Of a stretch of DNA of 64,000 nucleotides, positions 41,400 through 51,972 are shown piece by piece. The notes under the pieces were generated by a model. The model worked only from the letters and a program-made list of their open reading frames with translations, ran no database searches and was not told the DNA's origin. Location of the stretch: contig JBOFUV010000071.1 in NCBI GenBank assembly GCA_051652765.1, forward strand, positions 1 through 64,000, written 5' to 3'. The translations under genes were made by a program, and so were the position numbers. The stretch comes from Microcoleaceae cyanobacterium. GTDB taxonomy: Bacteria > Cyanobacteriota > Cyanobacteriia > Cyanobacteriales > Microcoleaceae. How positions within the stretch are numbered: the first letter of the stretch is position 1; each line of letters opens with the position of its first letter.

Positions 41400-43154
41400 C
41401 TATTCAAGTCTTTGTTGAGAGAGCGGTATCAACTGTCCCGCTGAATAAACGGCTAAATCTGTTGCCCGATTTAAATCTTTGAGTTGAAGGGTGTATTGAT
41501 TCGGCTGTAACTCCGTGACTTCATAGTCTTCCGTAACCAGAGGATGCTTTTTCCAAGCCAAGAACGTGGCTTGCGAGTTAGACAGTTGGAACTGGTAAAA
41601 CTCTGGAGACCGAACTTGAAATCTCACCGCGTCATCTGGCAACTCCAAACTATGGTTGATCACGGTTTGAATTTGATCGGTATAAAACCCCACTTGTTCA
41701 AATCCTTGATCGGTTCGTTCTTGTGTAAATTGAACATTAAACCGATTGCTTTGATCAAACAATGCCAAGGCTTGAATTAATCCGGCTCGATAAATATAGG
41801 CTCCTTTATAGTGATCTGGCAAACTGGTAATCATGATAGAAGACTGGGGGAAATTCTGAACACTGGTTAGTAGGGTTTGAGTCATTTGTGAGGCAATTTT
41901 CCAGTTTTGATTAACCTCATAAAGAGAGAGACTAAAACAGAGCAAAACTCCAGAGGAAATTCCCAACATTACCTGAAAGTTGGTCGAGAGATTCATTCCT
42001 ATAACGGACAGAATTACGGCTAGATGAATTGACGCAAAGGCAGATGCAAAATAGAGATAACGTTCTCCCTGGGTATCCCAAGTTGAAACAGAAACCGTAA
42101 TAGCAGGGAGCACTGTAATCCAAAATGCTAACAAGAGAAACCCTTGCAATTTAGGAATATTTGCAGAGGCAGGCTGTTTTAACACGCCAAGGATGCCACA
42201 GCTTAAGGCTAGCCCCATCAGTCCCAAACAGGCAATCAACCAAAATAGAAAACCAGACCCAGGTTGCGGAGTTATCAAAGTTCGGACAGGGTAAATTACA
42301 ATATTTTGTAAAATTCGGCCTGGATTGAAATTCAGGTGAACTGTTTCTCCATAGCCACCCACTAATTCACCCAATTTCCAAAATCGCAAGAGCAAGTAAA
42401 CCCCTAAAATGCCCAAATAAAATGAAAAGTTAATAAAGCCAGTTCGGAAAATTCTCCTCTGATATTTTCTGGCAATCAATCCATAAAGTTCATAGGCAAG
42501 AATCAGACCTGGGTAGGTTACCAAGGATTCTTTTGACAATAAAGCACAGAGAAACAAGACTAAAGAAACTAGCAAAAAAGCCGAATGTCGATAGTGTTTA
42601 TAGGTTAAATACGCGACGAAAGAGCTGAGGCCAAAGCAGGTTGAAATTACGTCTGTACGGGCAGAAATCCAGGATACGGCTTCACTATGACTGGGGAGTA
42701 ACAGGAAAATAAATCCAGCAAAATAGGGCAAAAACCGTTTGTAACTTTGATTGTAACTTTGATTGATCTCTATCTCTAGGTTAGACGTTAACAACAGCGT
42801 CATCAGACCCACCCAAAGTCCATTTAATAGATGAAACCCAAGGTTGGTTAGATGATATCCCAGGGGGTGAATTCCCCACAGTTGGTAGTCTAGAAAGCTG
42901 ATGAAACTTAGAACGGGTCGGAAAAATAGGGACTGACCATGTTGCTGATTCACCCAGAGACCAAAAGGGCCTAACTTTTGCAGGAGAGCAATGAGAACAA
43001 AGTCATCGGATAGGAAAAAGTTATTGAGTATATTGGAATATGCCAGAATGCCTGCCGAGGCAATCAGGCTGATCAGGATACTCAGCTTGACCCAGTGTTG
43101 AGGTCTCCCAAGGAGGGGTTGCGGGGGGTGAGTCTTCATGAGGATTAACAGCAC
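41400..43154 (-). CDS. polytopic GT-C-like glycosyltransferase (ArnT/PMT/TMTC-like)
   Basis: FLSDD, FFRP, GYHLTN, HSEAVSWISAR, LSKE, ERYLY; many TM segments. Confidence 0.75.
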   Translation of the reverse strand: MLLILMKTHPPQPLLGRPQHWVKLSILISLIASAGILAYSNILNNFFLSDDFVLIALLQKLGPFGLWVNQQHGQSLFFRPVLSFISFLDYQLWGIHPLGYHLTNLGFHLLNGLWVGLMTLLLTSNLEIEINQSYNQSYKRFLPYFAGFIFLLLPSHSEAVSWISARTDVISTCFGLSSFVAYLTYKHYRHSAFLLVSLVLFLCALLSKESLVTYPGLILAYELYGLIARKYQRRIFRTGFINFSFYLGILGVYLLLRFWKLGELVGGYGETVHLNFNPGRILQNIVIYPVRTLITPQPGSGFLFWLIACLGLMGLALSCGILGVLKQPASANIPKLQGFLLLAFWITVLPAITVSVSTWDTQGERYLYFASAFASIHLAVILSVIGMNLSTNFQVMLGISSGVLLCFSLSLYEVNQNWKIASQMTQTLLTSVQNFPQSSIMITSLPDHYKGAYIYRAGLIQALALFDQSNRFNVQFTQERTDQGFEQVGFYTDQIQTVINHSLELPDDAVRFQVRSPEFYQFQLSNSQATFLAWKKHPLVTEDYEVTELQPNQYTLQLKDLNRATDLAVYSAGQLIPLSQQRLE

Positions 43155-43345
43155 TATGGTGCAGAAAAAAGATCAGACCAAAATGGATTTGAGATCAGGA
43201 GAATTGTAGCTTGTGCGAAGGTTTGAGGGAGTTAATCCTAACTAACAACCCAGGGCGATCGCTGGCAGCCAATCCCTAGCTCAGACATGGTATCCTCCAC
43301 AGTGAAGGTGTGAATACAGAATACAATTTTCAGGAGTGAATTTTA

Positions 43346-44812
43346 ATGGTTGCGACACCCGCCCGAATTTCCGACAGAGAACACTCTCAACCCTCAGCAA
43401 AATCTGCAACACTGTCTTCCGTTAGCCTATTTGGTAGCGTTGTTGAACTGCCAAGTACGCCTCTATTTGGCACGGATGGAATTCGGGGACGAGTCGGTGA
43501 ATTGCTGAGCGCTCCCCTCGCCCTCCAGGTGGGGTTTTGGGCAGGGCAAGTTTTGCGTCAACATGTGCAGCATTTAAACTGTTCTGGCCCGATTCTGCTC
43601 GGTCAGGATACCCGCAATTCAGGCAACATGTTGGCGATGGCGTTGTCAGCAGGGCTAACAGCGGCTGGATTGGATGTCTGGTATTTAGGACTGTGTCCAA
43701 CCCCCGGTGTTGCCTATCTCACCAGTATCTCTGATGCTGTGGGTGGAATCATGATTTCAGCCAGTCACAATCCGCCCGAAGATAACGGCATCAAGTTTTT
43801 CGGCCTCGATGGTACTAAGTTATCCACCGAACTCCAGCAACAAATTGAAGCAGGGTTACGGGGCTATGCTGACTTTCCGATTCGGTTCAATCACTGTGGC
43901 CAACATTACCATCGTTCTGAACTCGTCCAGCAGTATGCCGATTCTCTCTCTAGTTCTTTGCTGGCTAGTGGTGACTTAAGGGGAATGCGAGTCGTTCTTG
44001 ACTTGGCTTGGGGGGCTGCAGTTCATTTGGCCCCAGAAGTCTTCCGAGCCATGGGAGCAGAAGTGATCTGTCTTCATGCTCAACCCGATGGTCACCAAAT
44101 TAACGTCAACTGTGGCTCCACCCACTTAGACATTCTGCAAAAGGCCGTTGTAGACCATCAGGCGGATATTGGGTTTGCCTTTGATGGAGATGCCGATCGG
44201 GTATTGGCCGTGGATCACACCGGTCGCGCAGTGAACGGAGACTATATTCTCTATCTTTGGGGCAAATCTCTCAGCCAAGCAGGCAAGTTGCCAGAAGAGT
44301 TAATCATCACAACAGTCATGGCCAATTTAGGCTTTGAGCAAGCCTGGAAACAGTTTGGAGGACAGTTCAAGCGGACTCCGGTAGGCGATCAACATGTTCA
44401 TGCGGAGATGGTTCAAACTGGGGCAATGCTCGGTGGAGAACAATCCGGTCATATTCTCTGCCCTCACTATGGCGTGACTGGAGATGGACTCTTAACAGCC
44501 CTGCATTTGGCAACCCTGGCAAAGCAAGAGCCCTTCGCCCATCAAATCGATCACAGTTTCCAAACCTATCCCCAACTGTTGAAAAACATTCGGGTGGAAG
44601 ATGGGAGCCGTCGTCGGAATTGGAAAACCTGTGACCCCGTGGCTCAGGCCATTGAAACGGCGGAAGCTGCCATGGGCGATCGCGGTCGGATTTTGGTTCG
44701 GGCTTCTGGAACTGAACCCGTAATTCGCGTCATGGTCGAAGCGGTTGATTTAGATCTGGTCACCTACTGGGCAAACCGTTTGGCTTCTGTCGTAGAACAG
44801 CACCTGAGTTAG
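43346..44812 (+). CDS. glmM: phosphoglucosamine mutase
   Basis: [34 protein letters not shown]. Confidence 0.95.
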   Translation: MVATPARISDREHSQPSAKSATLSSVSLFGSVVELPSTPLFGTDGIRGRVGELLSAPLALQVGFWAGQVLRQHVQHLNCSGPILLGQDTRNSGNMLAMALSAGLTAAGLDVWYLGLCPTPGVAYLTSISDAVGGIMISASHNPPEDNGIKFFGLDGTKLSTELQQQIEAGLRGYADFPIRFNHCGQHYHRSELVQQYADSLSSSLLASGDLRGMRVVLDLAWGAAVHLAPEVFRAMGAEVICLHAQPDGHQINVNCGSTHLDILQKAVVDHQADIGFAFDGDADRVLAVDHTGRAVNGDYILYLWGKSLSQAGKLPEELIITTVMANLGFEQAWKQFGGQFKRTPVGDQHVHAEMVQTGAMLGGEQSGHILCPHYGVTGDGLLTALHLATLAKQEPFAHQIDHSFQTYPQLLKNIRVEDGSRRRNWKTCDPVAQAIETAEAAMGDRGRILVRASGTEPVIRVMVEAVDLDLVTYWANRLASVVEQHLS

Positions 44813-44938
44813 GAGACATCATCTGCCGAAATCTTAGGAGATACTAGAATAACCCCAACTCTGACGGGAGGTCACAGACGCATCTGAACCTCAGGAAGGC
44901 TTCAGGGGTTCCTTTAATGTTAGAAAGAACCGAGTCCC

Positions 44939-46561
44939 ATGGCAACAACTCTCCGAAAGAGGAAGGTCAAAACGTCAAGGAAATCTCAGAAAAAATTGGG
45001 TGTTCAGCAACCCACTTTGAGTAAAAAGGAGTTGAAACTTCGTCAACGCCAACGGGCGAAGGAACGGAACAAATTAATTTCCTTGACCATGTCCACGGGG
45101 ATTGTTGCCCTGTTGGTGGGGATTGCCCTATTTTTTGTCAAGGATGAGAAGTTGGCCATTGCTGGGGCAGGCGGAATCTTTGCCCTAGTGTTGTGTTATC
45201 ACTATCCATTTTCAGGAATTTGGGCACTTTTAATTTATTTACCCTTTTCTGGAACGGTCACCTACTGGGTTGGCGGTGGAAATGCTTTATTCCAGCTTGC
45301 TAAGGATGGGTTCTACCTTCCCGCTGTACTTGCCCTGAACCAACAACTCAAACGCCAACGCCAACCTTTTATTCTGCCCAAAGCCCTGAAGCAACCCTTG
45401 TACATTCTTCTCGGGTTTTGTGGCCTAACGTTACTCGTGGTCAACGGGTCACAGCAACTTGATCCTGGAGGAGATAAGCCAATTTTGTTAGGGTTGCTAG
45501 GGCTGAAGGTGTTTATTGGTTATTTTCCCTTGATTACCTGTGCGTTTTACCAGATCAAAGGCAAAAAAGAATTGCTGTTCCTGATGCGGCTGACCTTGGT
45601 TCTGGCGATTATCTGCTGTGTTCTCGGGGTCATTCAGTACCAATTTTTGACTTCGGGTCGATGTCAAGGCACGGATCACTTGACTGGAGATGACTTGTTT
45701 AAAGCAACGTTAGACGCAAAGTGCCTCGTTGGCGGATCGTTGGTCTACAGTCCTTCCCAGAACATGATCCGATTGCCGGGAACCTTTGTGGCCCCTTGGC
45801 AATGGGCCTGGTTTTTGATTGCCAACGCGGTGTTTGCCTTTGCCACAGCCTTTAGTGATCCGTCTCCCAAGTGGCGCACAGTCGGTTTGGCAGGAATGGC
45901 GCTCGTTTTTGTCAATGCCGCAATTTCGGGTCAACGGATTGCTCTCGCTCTGGTTCCAGCCATTACCGTGATCTTGTTAGTTCTCACGGGACAAGTGGCC
46001 AATCTCAAGCGATTTTTGCCCATTGCAGTTGGGATGGGCTTGATATTGATGGGCGTGATCGCCACCAATCCTGCGATCTTGCAAGAACGGATTGACAGTT
46101 TTGTCTCCCGTTGGCAAGCTTCACCTCCTACTGGATTCATTGCCGAACAATTTGCATTTGTTACCCAGGGAGAACTGGGGATTTTGGGTAGTGGGTTGGG
46201 ACGAGCAACAAACTCTGCCCGGATTTTTGGGGAAACAAAACTGATTGAAACCTACTATCCTAAGCTAATTTATGAAATTGGCCCCCTAGGAACCCTAGCC
46301 TTTTTGGGATTGGTGACAATCATCACCATGACGACCTTTAAAACCTATCGATCGATTAAAGATAAAAACCTCCGGAGTTTTGGGGCTTGTCTTTGGGTAT
46401 TTGTTCTATTTATTAGCTACAACACCTATTACTATCCCCTCGATGTTGACCCTGTTTGCGTCTATTACTGGTATTTTGTCGGAGTGATCTATAAACTCCC
46501 CGATATTGACAAGCAAGAACAAAAGCGATTACAAGAAGAGGCGGCATTCTCGACAGGATAG
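44939..46561 (+). CDS. hpsL: hormogonium polysaccharide biosynthesis protein HpsL-like (O-antigen ligase/polymerase-like)
   Basis: YLPFSGTVTY..FQLAKD, IRLPGTFVAPWQW, GLGRATNSAR, YYYPLDVDP. Confidence 0.75.
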   Translation: MATTLRKRKVKTSRKSQKKLGVQQPTLSKKELKLRQRQRAKERNKLISLTMSTGIVALLVGIALFFVKDEKLAIAGAGGIFALVLCYHYPFSGIWALLIYLPFSGTVTYWVGGGNALFQLAKDGFYLPAVLALNQQLKRQRQPFILPKALKQPLYILLGFCGLTLLVVNGSQQLDPGGDKPILLGLLGLKVFIGYFPLITCAFYQIKGKKELLFLMRLTLVLAIICCVLGVIQYQFLTSGRCQGTDHLTGDDLFKATLDAKCLVGGSLVYSPSQNMIRLPGTFVAPWQWAWFLIANAVFAFATAFSDPSPKWRTVGLAGMALVFVNAAISGQRIALALVPAITVILLVLTGQVANLKRFLPIAVGMGLILMGVIATNPAILQERIDSFVSRWQASPPTGFIAEQFAFVTQGELGILGSGLGRATNSARIFGETKLIETYYPKLIYEIGPLGTLAFLGLVTIITMTTFKTYRSIKDKNLRSFGACLWVFVLFISYNTYYYPLDVDPVCVYYWYFVGVIYKLPDIDKQEQKRLQEEAAFSTG

Positions 46562-46673
46562 TTAGCGTCAGGATGGTTAGCCCAAGAATAGTTGGCCCAA
46601 GAATTGCCAGGGTGACTCGAAAAACATTGCCGTCATTCCACTTTTACCCCTAGGAACTTTATCCCCAGGAACT

Positions 46674-48809
46674 TTACTTTCGGGGACAGTCAGGGTGAAT
46701 TCCGCCTTGGTTGCAAATGTAAGTAATTTGGTTGGGGGTCAGGTTTTTGGCTTGAGAAAAATTAACCCGTTTGAGGCGGCTGGATTGATTTTGGGTTTCT
46801 GTACTTTGAATAAACCCATCTTTAGCTTCAGCGGCAGGGGTTGCCACAAACTTAGCTCCGTTAAAATCCGTATTCTTTAAGGATGCCCCGGTCAAATTCA
46901 CCAAGCTGAGATCTGCATTTTGCAAGGTAGCCTCTTGTAGATTGGCATTCTTGAAATTTGCTCCCGTGAGTTGGGTAAAGCTCAGATCCGCCCCGCGCAA
47001 ATCTGCGCCCTGAAAATCGGCTCCGGCCAAATCTGCGTCCTGCAAGCCCGCCTGTTGTAGGTTGGTATTGAGGAATTCCGCTCCCTGAGCCTTAACTTTC
47101 ATCATCCGCGCCGCTGCTAAATTAGCATTAGAGAACTGAGCATTGGTCAGATCGGCCCCGGTCAGCTTTGTTCCTGCCAGTTGAGCCTCTTCTAGGTTGG
47201 CCCCAATTAACTTTGTACTGCTGAGATTGGCCTCGGTCAAATCTGCTGCGGAGAGATTAGCTTTGTTCAAAATCCCTCGGAGCAAGTTTGTCCGTTTTAA
47301 CTCAACGTGACTGAGAAAGGCTCCGGTTAAATCAGCATCCGTTAAATCAGCTCCACTTAAATCCGCAATCCAATCATCAAATGTCCCAAACCGTCCATCT
47401 TTCCCCGCGCTGTAAAAGTTGCTATCGGCTAGATTCGCTTGATTCAGGAGGCTACTCCGAAAGTTCAGCCCGGATAAATCGGTGTTATTCAAAACTAGGG
47501 TGAATTGGGCTGATTCTAGGGGTTGACTTAGATCAACTCGACTCAGATCAACCTCGTGTAATGAACCACTGTGAATCGTTAGTAACTTCGCGATCGCCCG
47601 TTGAACGGCCTGTTGACGCTTGGCTGTTAGCTGTTTCTCCTGAGCATTGGCCCCAAACTCCATGGACGCGAGTTCATTCTTCAAGGCTTGGTTCAACTGC
47701 CGGAGATAGGGAAGGGTATCTGGCCCTGCACTCACCAACGCCTGTTGGGTCACGTCGAGTAACCCTGGGTTGGTCTCCTGTCCCAGGAAATCAACCAATA
47801 GGGGAATCGCTCTAGAGTCATTTAATGTGCCCAACGCTAAAATCGCCCCTTGCCGTTGAGCGGTATCTTTGGCAGTGTTTGGAGACAATTTGCCAACCAG
47901 ATTGAGGAAGAGTTCGTTATCCTGATGTTTGAACTCCCGACGGTTAGCCTGACTTTGAATATAGACCTGAGTCCCCGCAAAAGTTCCTAGCACAGTAGCC
48001 ATGCTGAGACCACTGACGGTTATCAGGGTAATTCCAGGATGTTGACGCATCCAAGCCCACAGATCAACAGGGAAGTTGCGCTGTCGGGGAGTGAACACCA
48101 ATGACCGAACCGCTTCTGTTTCACCCATCCAGTCATAACTCGTGAACGGATTGGCATTGAATTTCAACCCCGCCTCTCGAACCATCGTTCCGGCCAGTAG
48201 ATCATGACCTGCGCGACCTTTAAACCGTTTAGCAAACAGCCCATCTGCCAGAATCATCAGTCCAGACAGCCCCGTCAAAATCACTAGGTTTGGAAATGCC
48301 CCGGTTAACCGCCAGATGCCGTAGGCCATCCCCAATGGAATCCCCCAACGACCGATAGATTCTCGGTAGAGGGCTTGTAACAAGCTGGGAGGCACTCTGT
48401 AACGGTTCACTACCTGGACTCCAAACCAGCGCTTTGGCAGGGTTTGCCCGGTGCGGGAGAGCAGATAGACTTGCCAGCCAGATACCAAAATTGGCACAAA
48501 CAACGCCCCTGACCAGAAGAAATTAGTCAGAGCAGTTACCTGAGGGCTGCGTTCCCGAACAGGAAGTCCCAGGGTTGCAGCTACAACATTAGACGTTATC
48601 CGTAGACTGGGGTTCAGGGGAACAGACTGAGGCGAACGATTAGAGATTGCTCCAAGGGTTAAGGGCACCATCCCACTGACTGCGACGAGAGAAATTTCTA
48701 CTGCCCAAGCTCCGCACCGACGTAGCCATACAGGAAGTTGCCGAACTTGAAACTGCCATTCAGGGGGCTGGGAGGGATTTGCGTCTCTACCGAGGGATGG
48801 ACTTGTCAT
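46674..48809 (-). CDS. RDD + HEAT + pentapeptide-repeat protein (HglK-like)
   Basis: RDD motifs (RRCGAW, GQTLPKRWFG, HDLLAGT) and long A(D/N)Lxx repeats. Confidence 0.8.
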   Translation of the reverse strand: MTSPSLGRDANPSQPPEWQFQVRQLPVWLRRCGAWAVEISLVAVSGMVPLTLGAISNRSPQSVPLNPSLRITSNVVAATLGLPVRERSPQVTALTNFFWSGALFVPILVSGWQVYLLSRTGQTLPKRWFGVQVVNRYRVPPSLLQALYRESIGRWGIPLGMAYGIWRLTGAFPNLVILTGLSGLMILADGLFAKRFKGRAGHDLLAGTMVREAGLKFNANPFTSYDWMGETEAVRSLVFTPRQRNFPVDLWAWMRQHPGITLITVSGLSMATVLGTFAGTQVYIQSQANRREFKHQDNELFLNLVGKLSPNTAKDTAQRQGAILALGTLNDSRAIPLLVDFLGQETNPGLLDVTQQALVSAGPDTLPYLRQLNQALKNELASMEFGANAQEKQLTAKRQQAVQRAIAKLLTIHSGSLHEVDLSRVDLSQPLESAQFTLVLNNTDLSGLNFRSSLLNQANLADSNFYSAGKDGRFGTFDDWIADLSGADLTDADLTGAFLSHVELKRTNLLRGILNKANLSAADLTEANLSSTKLIGANLEEAQLAGTKLTGADLTNAQFSNANLAAARMMKVKAQGAEFLNTNLQQAGLQDADLAGADFQGADLRGADLSFTQLTGANFKNANLQEATLQNADLSLVNLTGASLKNTDFNGAKFVATPAAEAKDGFIQSTETQNQSSRLKRVNFSQAKNLTPNQITYICNQGGIHPDCPRK

Positions 48810-48874
48810 AGTTAAAGTTGCCTTTGAAGTCTGCCTTTGAAGTCTGTCCTTGAAAGTTGCCTGACCCAGAATCG

Positions 48875-49222
48875 TTATGATTTGGAGGAACTCAGGGATT
48901 TAAAAATTTGATACGCACCATATCCTACTACAGCAATAACCGCAAGACTAAAGGCTAAAGAAATGAGCTGAACCAAAGCTTTCACTAACGCCAAGGCCGC
49001 AGCTACACCGATGACCCCCACAACAATTTGTCCAACCTTGGGTAAGTCCTGGAACCAAGCGAGAAATTGTTTGTAGTAGGTTGTCATAGACTTTGAGAAT
49101 GCAGACTTTGAGAACTCAGATTCCGAGGACTGGGAGGAACCCGTAATTGGTTGAGTTCGATGCAAGTCGGCTTCCATGTCTTCCAACTTACGTTTGAGAT
49201 CAGGATCATCTTGAAAGTTCAT
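48875..49222 (-). CDS. hypothetical membrane protein
   Basis: Coiled N-terminus plus two TM segments. Confidence 0.7.
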   Translation of the reverse strand: MNFQDDPDLKRKLEDMEADLHRTQPITGSSQSSESEFSKSAFSKSMTTYYKQFLAWFQDLPKVGQIVVGVIGVAAALALVKALVQLISLAFSLAVIAVVGYGAYQIFKSLSSSKS

Positions 49223-49261
49223 AATACTTTTCCTTTTTTCATTCAGGAGCTTGTAATGATT

Positions 49262-49323
49262 TTAAACTTACCGCCTTAAACTTACCGCCTTAAACTTACC
49301 GTCTGAAACTTACCGCCTTAAAC
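49262..49323. repeat. 14-bp tandem repeat x4
   Basis: TTAAACTTACCGCC. Confidence 0.9.
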
Positions 49324-49385
49324 CTTAATGACTATCAGCTTAAGAGACAACGATAAATTTGATTAACTAATATACCTACAGCAAT

Positions 49386-49445
49386 AGAGGGGTTTGGGGA
49401 TTTCGTCCCCAAGGAGGGCACACAAATCATTTGAGATTGCTACAG
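49386..49445 (-). mobile_element. truncated MITE-like element, copy 3
   Basis: Reverse complement CTGTAGCAATCTCAAATGATTTGTG...CCTTGGGGACGAAATCCCCAAACCCCTC matches the copy 1 end and internal segment. Confidence 0.6.
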
Positions 49446-49591
49446 CAGCTTGAGAGACAACGACCACATTGGTTGAGTTGACCAGGAGTCCCACGGGATT
49501 CAGCGGAGAATATCCGGCTTTGCAGTTCTCCTGGCAGTATTGTACCTAAGGATAGAGTGATCAGTTAATGCTGACTAGATGAGGAGGCAAG

Positions 49592-50020
49592 ATGAATTTA
49601 AGTAGATTTAAACCAAACAAACGGGCATTTGTTGGATTTGTTGGATTAACACTGGCGTTGATGTTAGCGCTTCCCCAGACTGCCTGGGCAGATCGAGAAA
49701 AGCTTGCCCCTGGCATACCCCTGAATATCTCTGGGACATCAGGAGGAACAGCCAATAGTGGAGACTGTGGTTACATTTCGACTACTCCTAACCACGTGAT
49801 TGATCTGGTCGAAGACTTGAGCTTCTGGCAAATTCGGGTCAGAACTGCGGGAGCCCCTACATTGCTGATTGATGGCCCCGGCGGACGGTACTGTGTGCTG
49901 CCCGAAGGAGGATTGTTACAATTTTCTGGCTATGGCACCCAAGGAACCTATAACGTCTACATCGGTGATCGCGCTCAAGGCAAACATCCTTACAGCCTCT
50001 CCGTCTCAGGTCGCCAGTAG
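49592..50020 (+). CDS. exported hypothetical protein (PPC-like beta domain)
   Basis: Signal peptide ending AWA-D; CGYI, GTYNVYIGD. Confidence 0.75.
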   Translation: MNLSRFKPNKRAFVGFVGLTLALMLALPQTAWADREKLAPGIPLNISGTSGGTANSGDCGYISTTPNHVIDLVEDLSFWQIRVRTAGAPTLLIDGPGGRYCVLPEGGLLQFSGYGTQGTYNVYIGDRAQGKHPYSLSVSGRQ

Positions 50021-50293
50021 AGATTCAGTTCACTACTCCCGATATTCTCCTGATTTCAGAGTCCTCGGTAGAATAGGCAATTAGTGGAACAAGATGACTG
50101 GCTCCTAAGCTGATTCATCTATAATTGAAAGTGAAATAGAGTTTGCTATCTACTGGAACTCGCAGTGTCACCCAATTGATCATCAGCTCCTAAAACGGTA
50201 GCTGTTTGGCTATTAAGCGTTCGATCAGTTTGTGGGAACGTCATTAATTTCTACTCCCTTTCGTTAAAGTAGACTAGGTAACGGGAATATTCA

Positions 50294-51808
50294 ATGAGTT
50301 CTAAGATCTGGTATCTCGCAGCTTTTGGGATTATGGCAGTTGGGACGAGTACAGTAGCTAGTGCTGCAACTGCGACTCCTCCGGGGAGGCTGTATCCAAA
50401 TCTGCTGCTCAATCAACCGCAGCCCACTTCAACTCAATTCAAGCCAGTGCCAACGGGTTCGGCTCAGGCCAATCTGCTTTTTGCTCAAGATATTCAAGAA
50501 CAGGCCAACATTCGGGTCTATGAACAAGCTAGCCCTGCTGTTGTCTCAATTGATACTGAAACTGCCAACGGCAGTGGCACGATCATTACCCCCGATGGCA
50601 TGGTGCTAACCAACGCCCATGTTGTCGCGGCTGGAGGAGAGGTCAAACTTAAATTGGCAGATGGCAAAGAAGTTGTTGCTGATGTGGTTGCCTTTGGCGA
50701 CCCAGGGCTCGACTTGGCCATTTTAAAAATTCGGAATGTTAGCAATCTCCCAACCATTAAAATCGCTCGCCCTGGTTCTATCAAGGTTGGCCAGCGAGCC
50801 TATGCCATTGGCAATCCCTTCGGACAGTTTCAGGGAACCCTCACCGTTGGGATTGTTAGTCGGATTGATCAAGAACGAAACTTGATCCAGACTGATGCTG
50901 CCATTAACCCAGGAAATTCTGGTGGCCCATTGCTCAACAGCGAGGGAGAACTGATTGGAGTCAACACAGCAATCTTTACCCGAGGTCAAAGCGGGGGCAA
51001 TATTGGGATTGGGTTTGCGATTTCAGTGGATAAAATTCCCCCTTTTTTACAGGCAGTTAAGGAAGGGCGGGCTCCAACGGTGGCTCAAGTGTCAAGGCCC
51101 ATGGCATTTACCAGTGAGAATGCGGAACCGGTAAAAGTTGATGGCCCAGAAGTAGCGGGTCGGTTAGACAATGGCGATCCAATCTTACCTGTGGACAATA
51201 GCTATTACGATATCTATGCATTTGAGGGCAAAGCAGGTCAACAAGTCATGATTGAAATGAAGAGTCGAGAAATTGATTCTTACTTGATTCTTCTAGATGC
51301 AGAAGGGGCAGAACTAGCTCAGGACGATGATGGTGGAGGAGAAAATGATGCAAAAATTGTCGTTACCCTTCCCCAGGATGGAACCTACACATTCCTAGCA
51401 AATTCCTACGATGCTGGAGAATTGGGCGGTTACCAACTTCAACTCCGAACGGCAACCCTGCGACAACCTTCCGCGTCTCCTCCGGTTGAGGGCATGATTC
51501 TGAAACAGGAAGGCAGCTTGAACTCCGGTGATGCAGTATTGCCCTCGGACGGCAGTTTGTATGATGAGTACACGTTCGAAGGGCAGGCAGGACAATCCGT
51601 CACGATTCGGATAGATAGTCCGGATTTTGATCCCTATGTTGCCTTGTTTGGCCCCAATGGTCGCTTGGTTGCTGAAAATGATGATGCTAGTCGTGTAGAC
51701 AAAAATGCAGGAATCACGGTAACGTTACCGATGGCAGGAGTGTACCGCGTTGTTGTGAATGCTTATGACAACACGGGTCGAGGTCAATATTTGCTGACTG
51801 TGCGCTAA
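50294..51808 (+). CDS. trypsin-like (HtrA-related) serine protease with two C-terminal PPC domains
   Basis: Triad TNAHV / DLAIL / GNSGGP; two YTFEG..DPY..DD..G.Y repeats; no PDZ. Confidence 0.9.
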   Translation: MSSKIWYLAAFGIMAVGTSTVASAATATPPGRLYPNLLLNQPQPTSTQFKPVPTGSAQANLLFAQDIQEQANIRVYEQASPAVVSIDTETANGSGTIITPDGMVLTNAHVVAAGGEVKLKLADGKEVVADVVAFGDPGLDLAILKIRNVSNLPTIKIARPGSIKVGQRAYAIGNPFGQFQGTLTVGIVSRIDQERNLIQTDAAINPGNSGGPLLNSEGELIGVNTAIFTRGQSGGNIGIGFAISVDKIPPFLQAVKEGRAPTVAQVSRPMAFTSENAEPVKVDGPEVAGRLDNGDPILPVDNSYYDIYAFEGKAGQQVMIEMKSREIDSYLILLDAEGAELAQDDDGGGENDAKIVVTLPQDGTYTFLANSYDAGELGGYQLQLRTATLRQPSASPPVEGMILKQEGSLNSGDAVLPSDGSLYDEYTFEGQAGQSVTIRIDSPDFDPYVALFGPNGRLVAENDDASRVDKNAGITVTLPMAGVYRVVVNAYDNTGRGQYLLTVR

Positions 51809-51972
51809 GTAACTTGCAAACCACACTTTGGTTTTGAGCTGACTATTAAATGTGTACTAAATGTGTCACTAAATGTGTCGCTTAAGCACTGTAACTCAAG
51901 CAGAGGTTGCATCCTCTGCTTTTATGCCCATCCCTCAGCATGGATTTGCATACTAACTTTTGTTTTTTTCTA

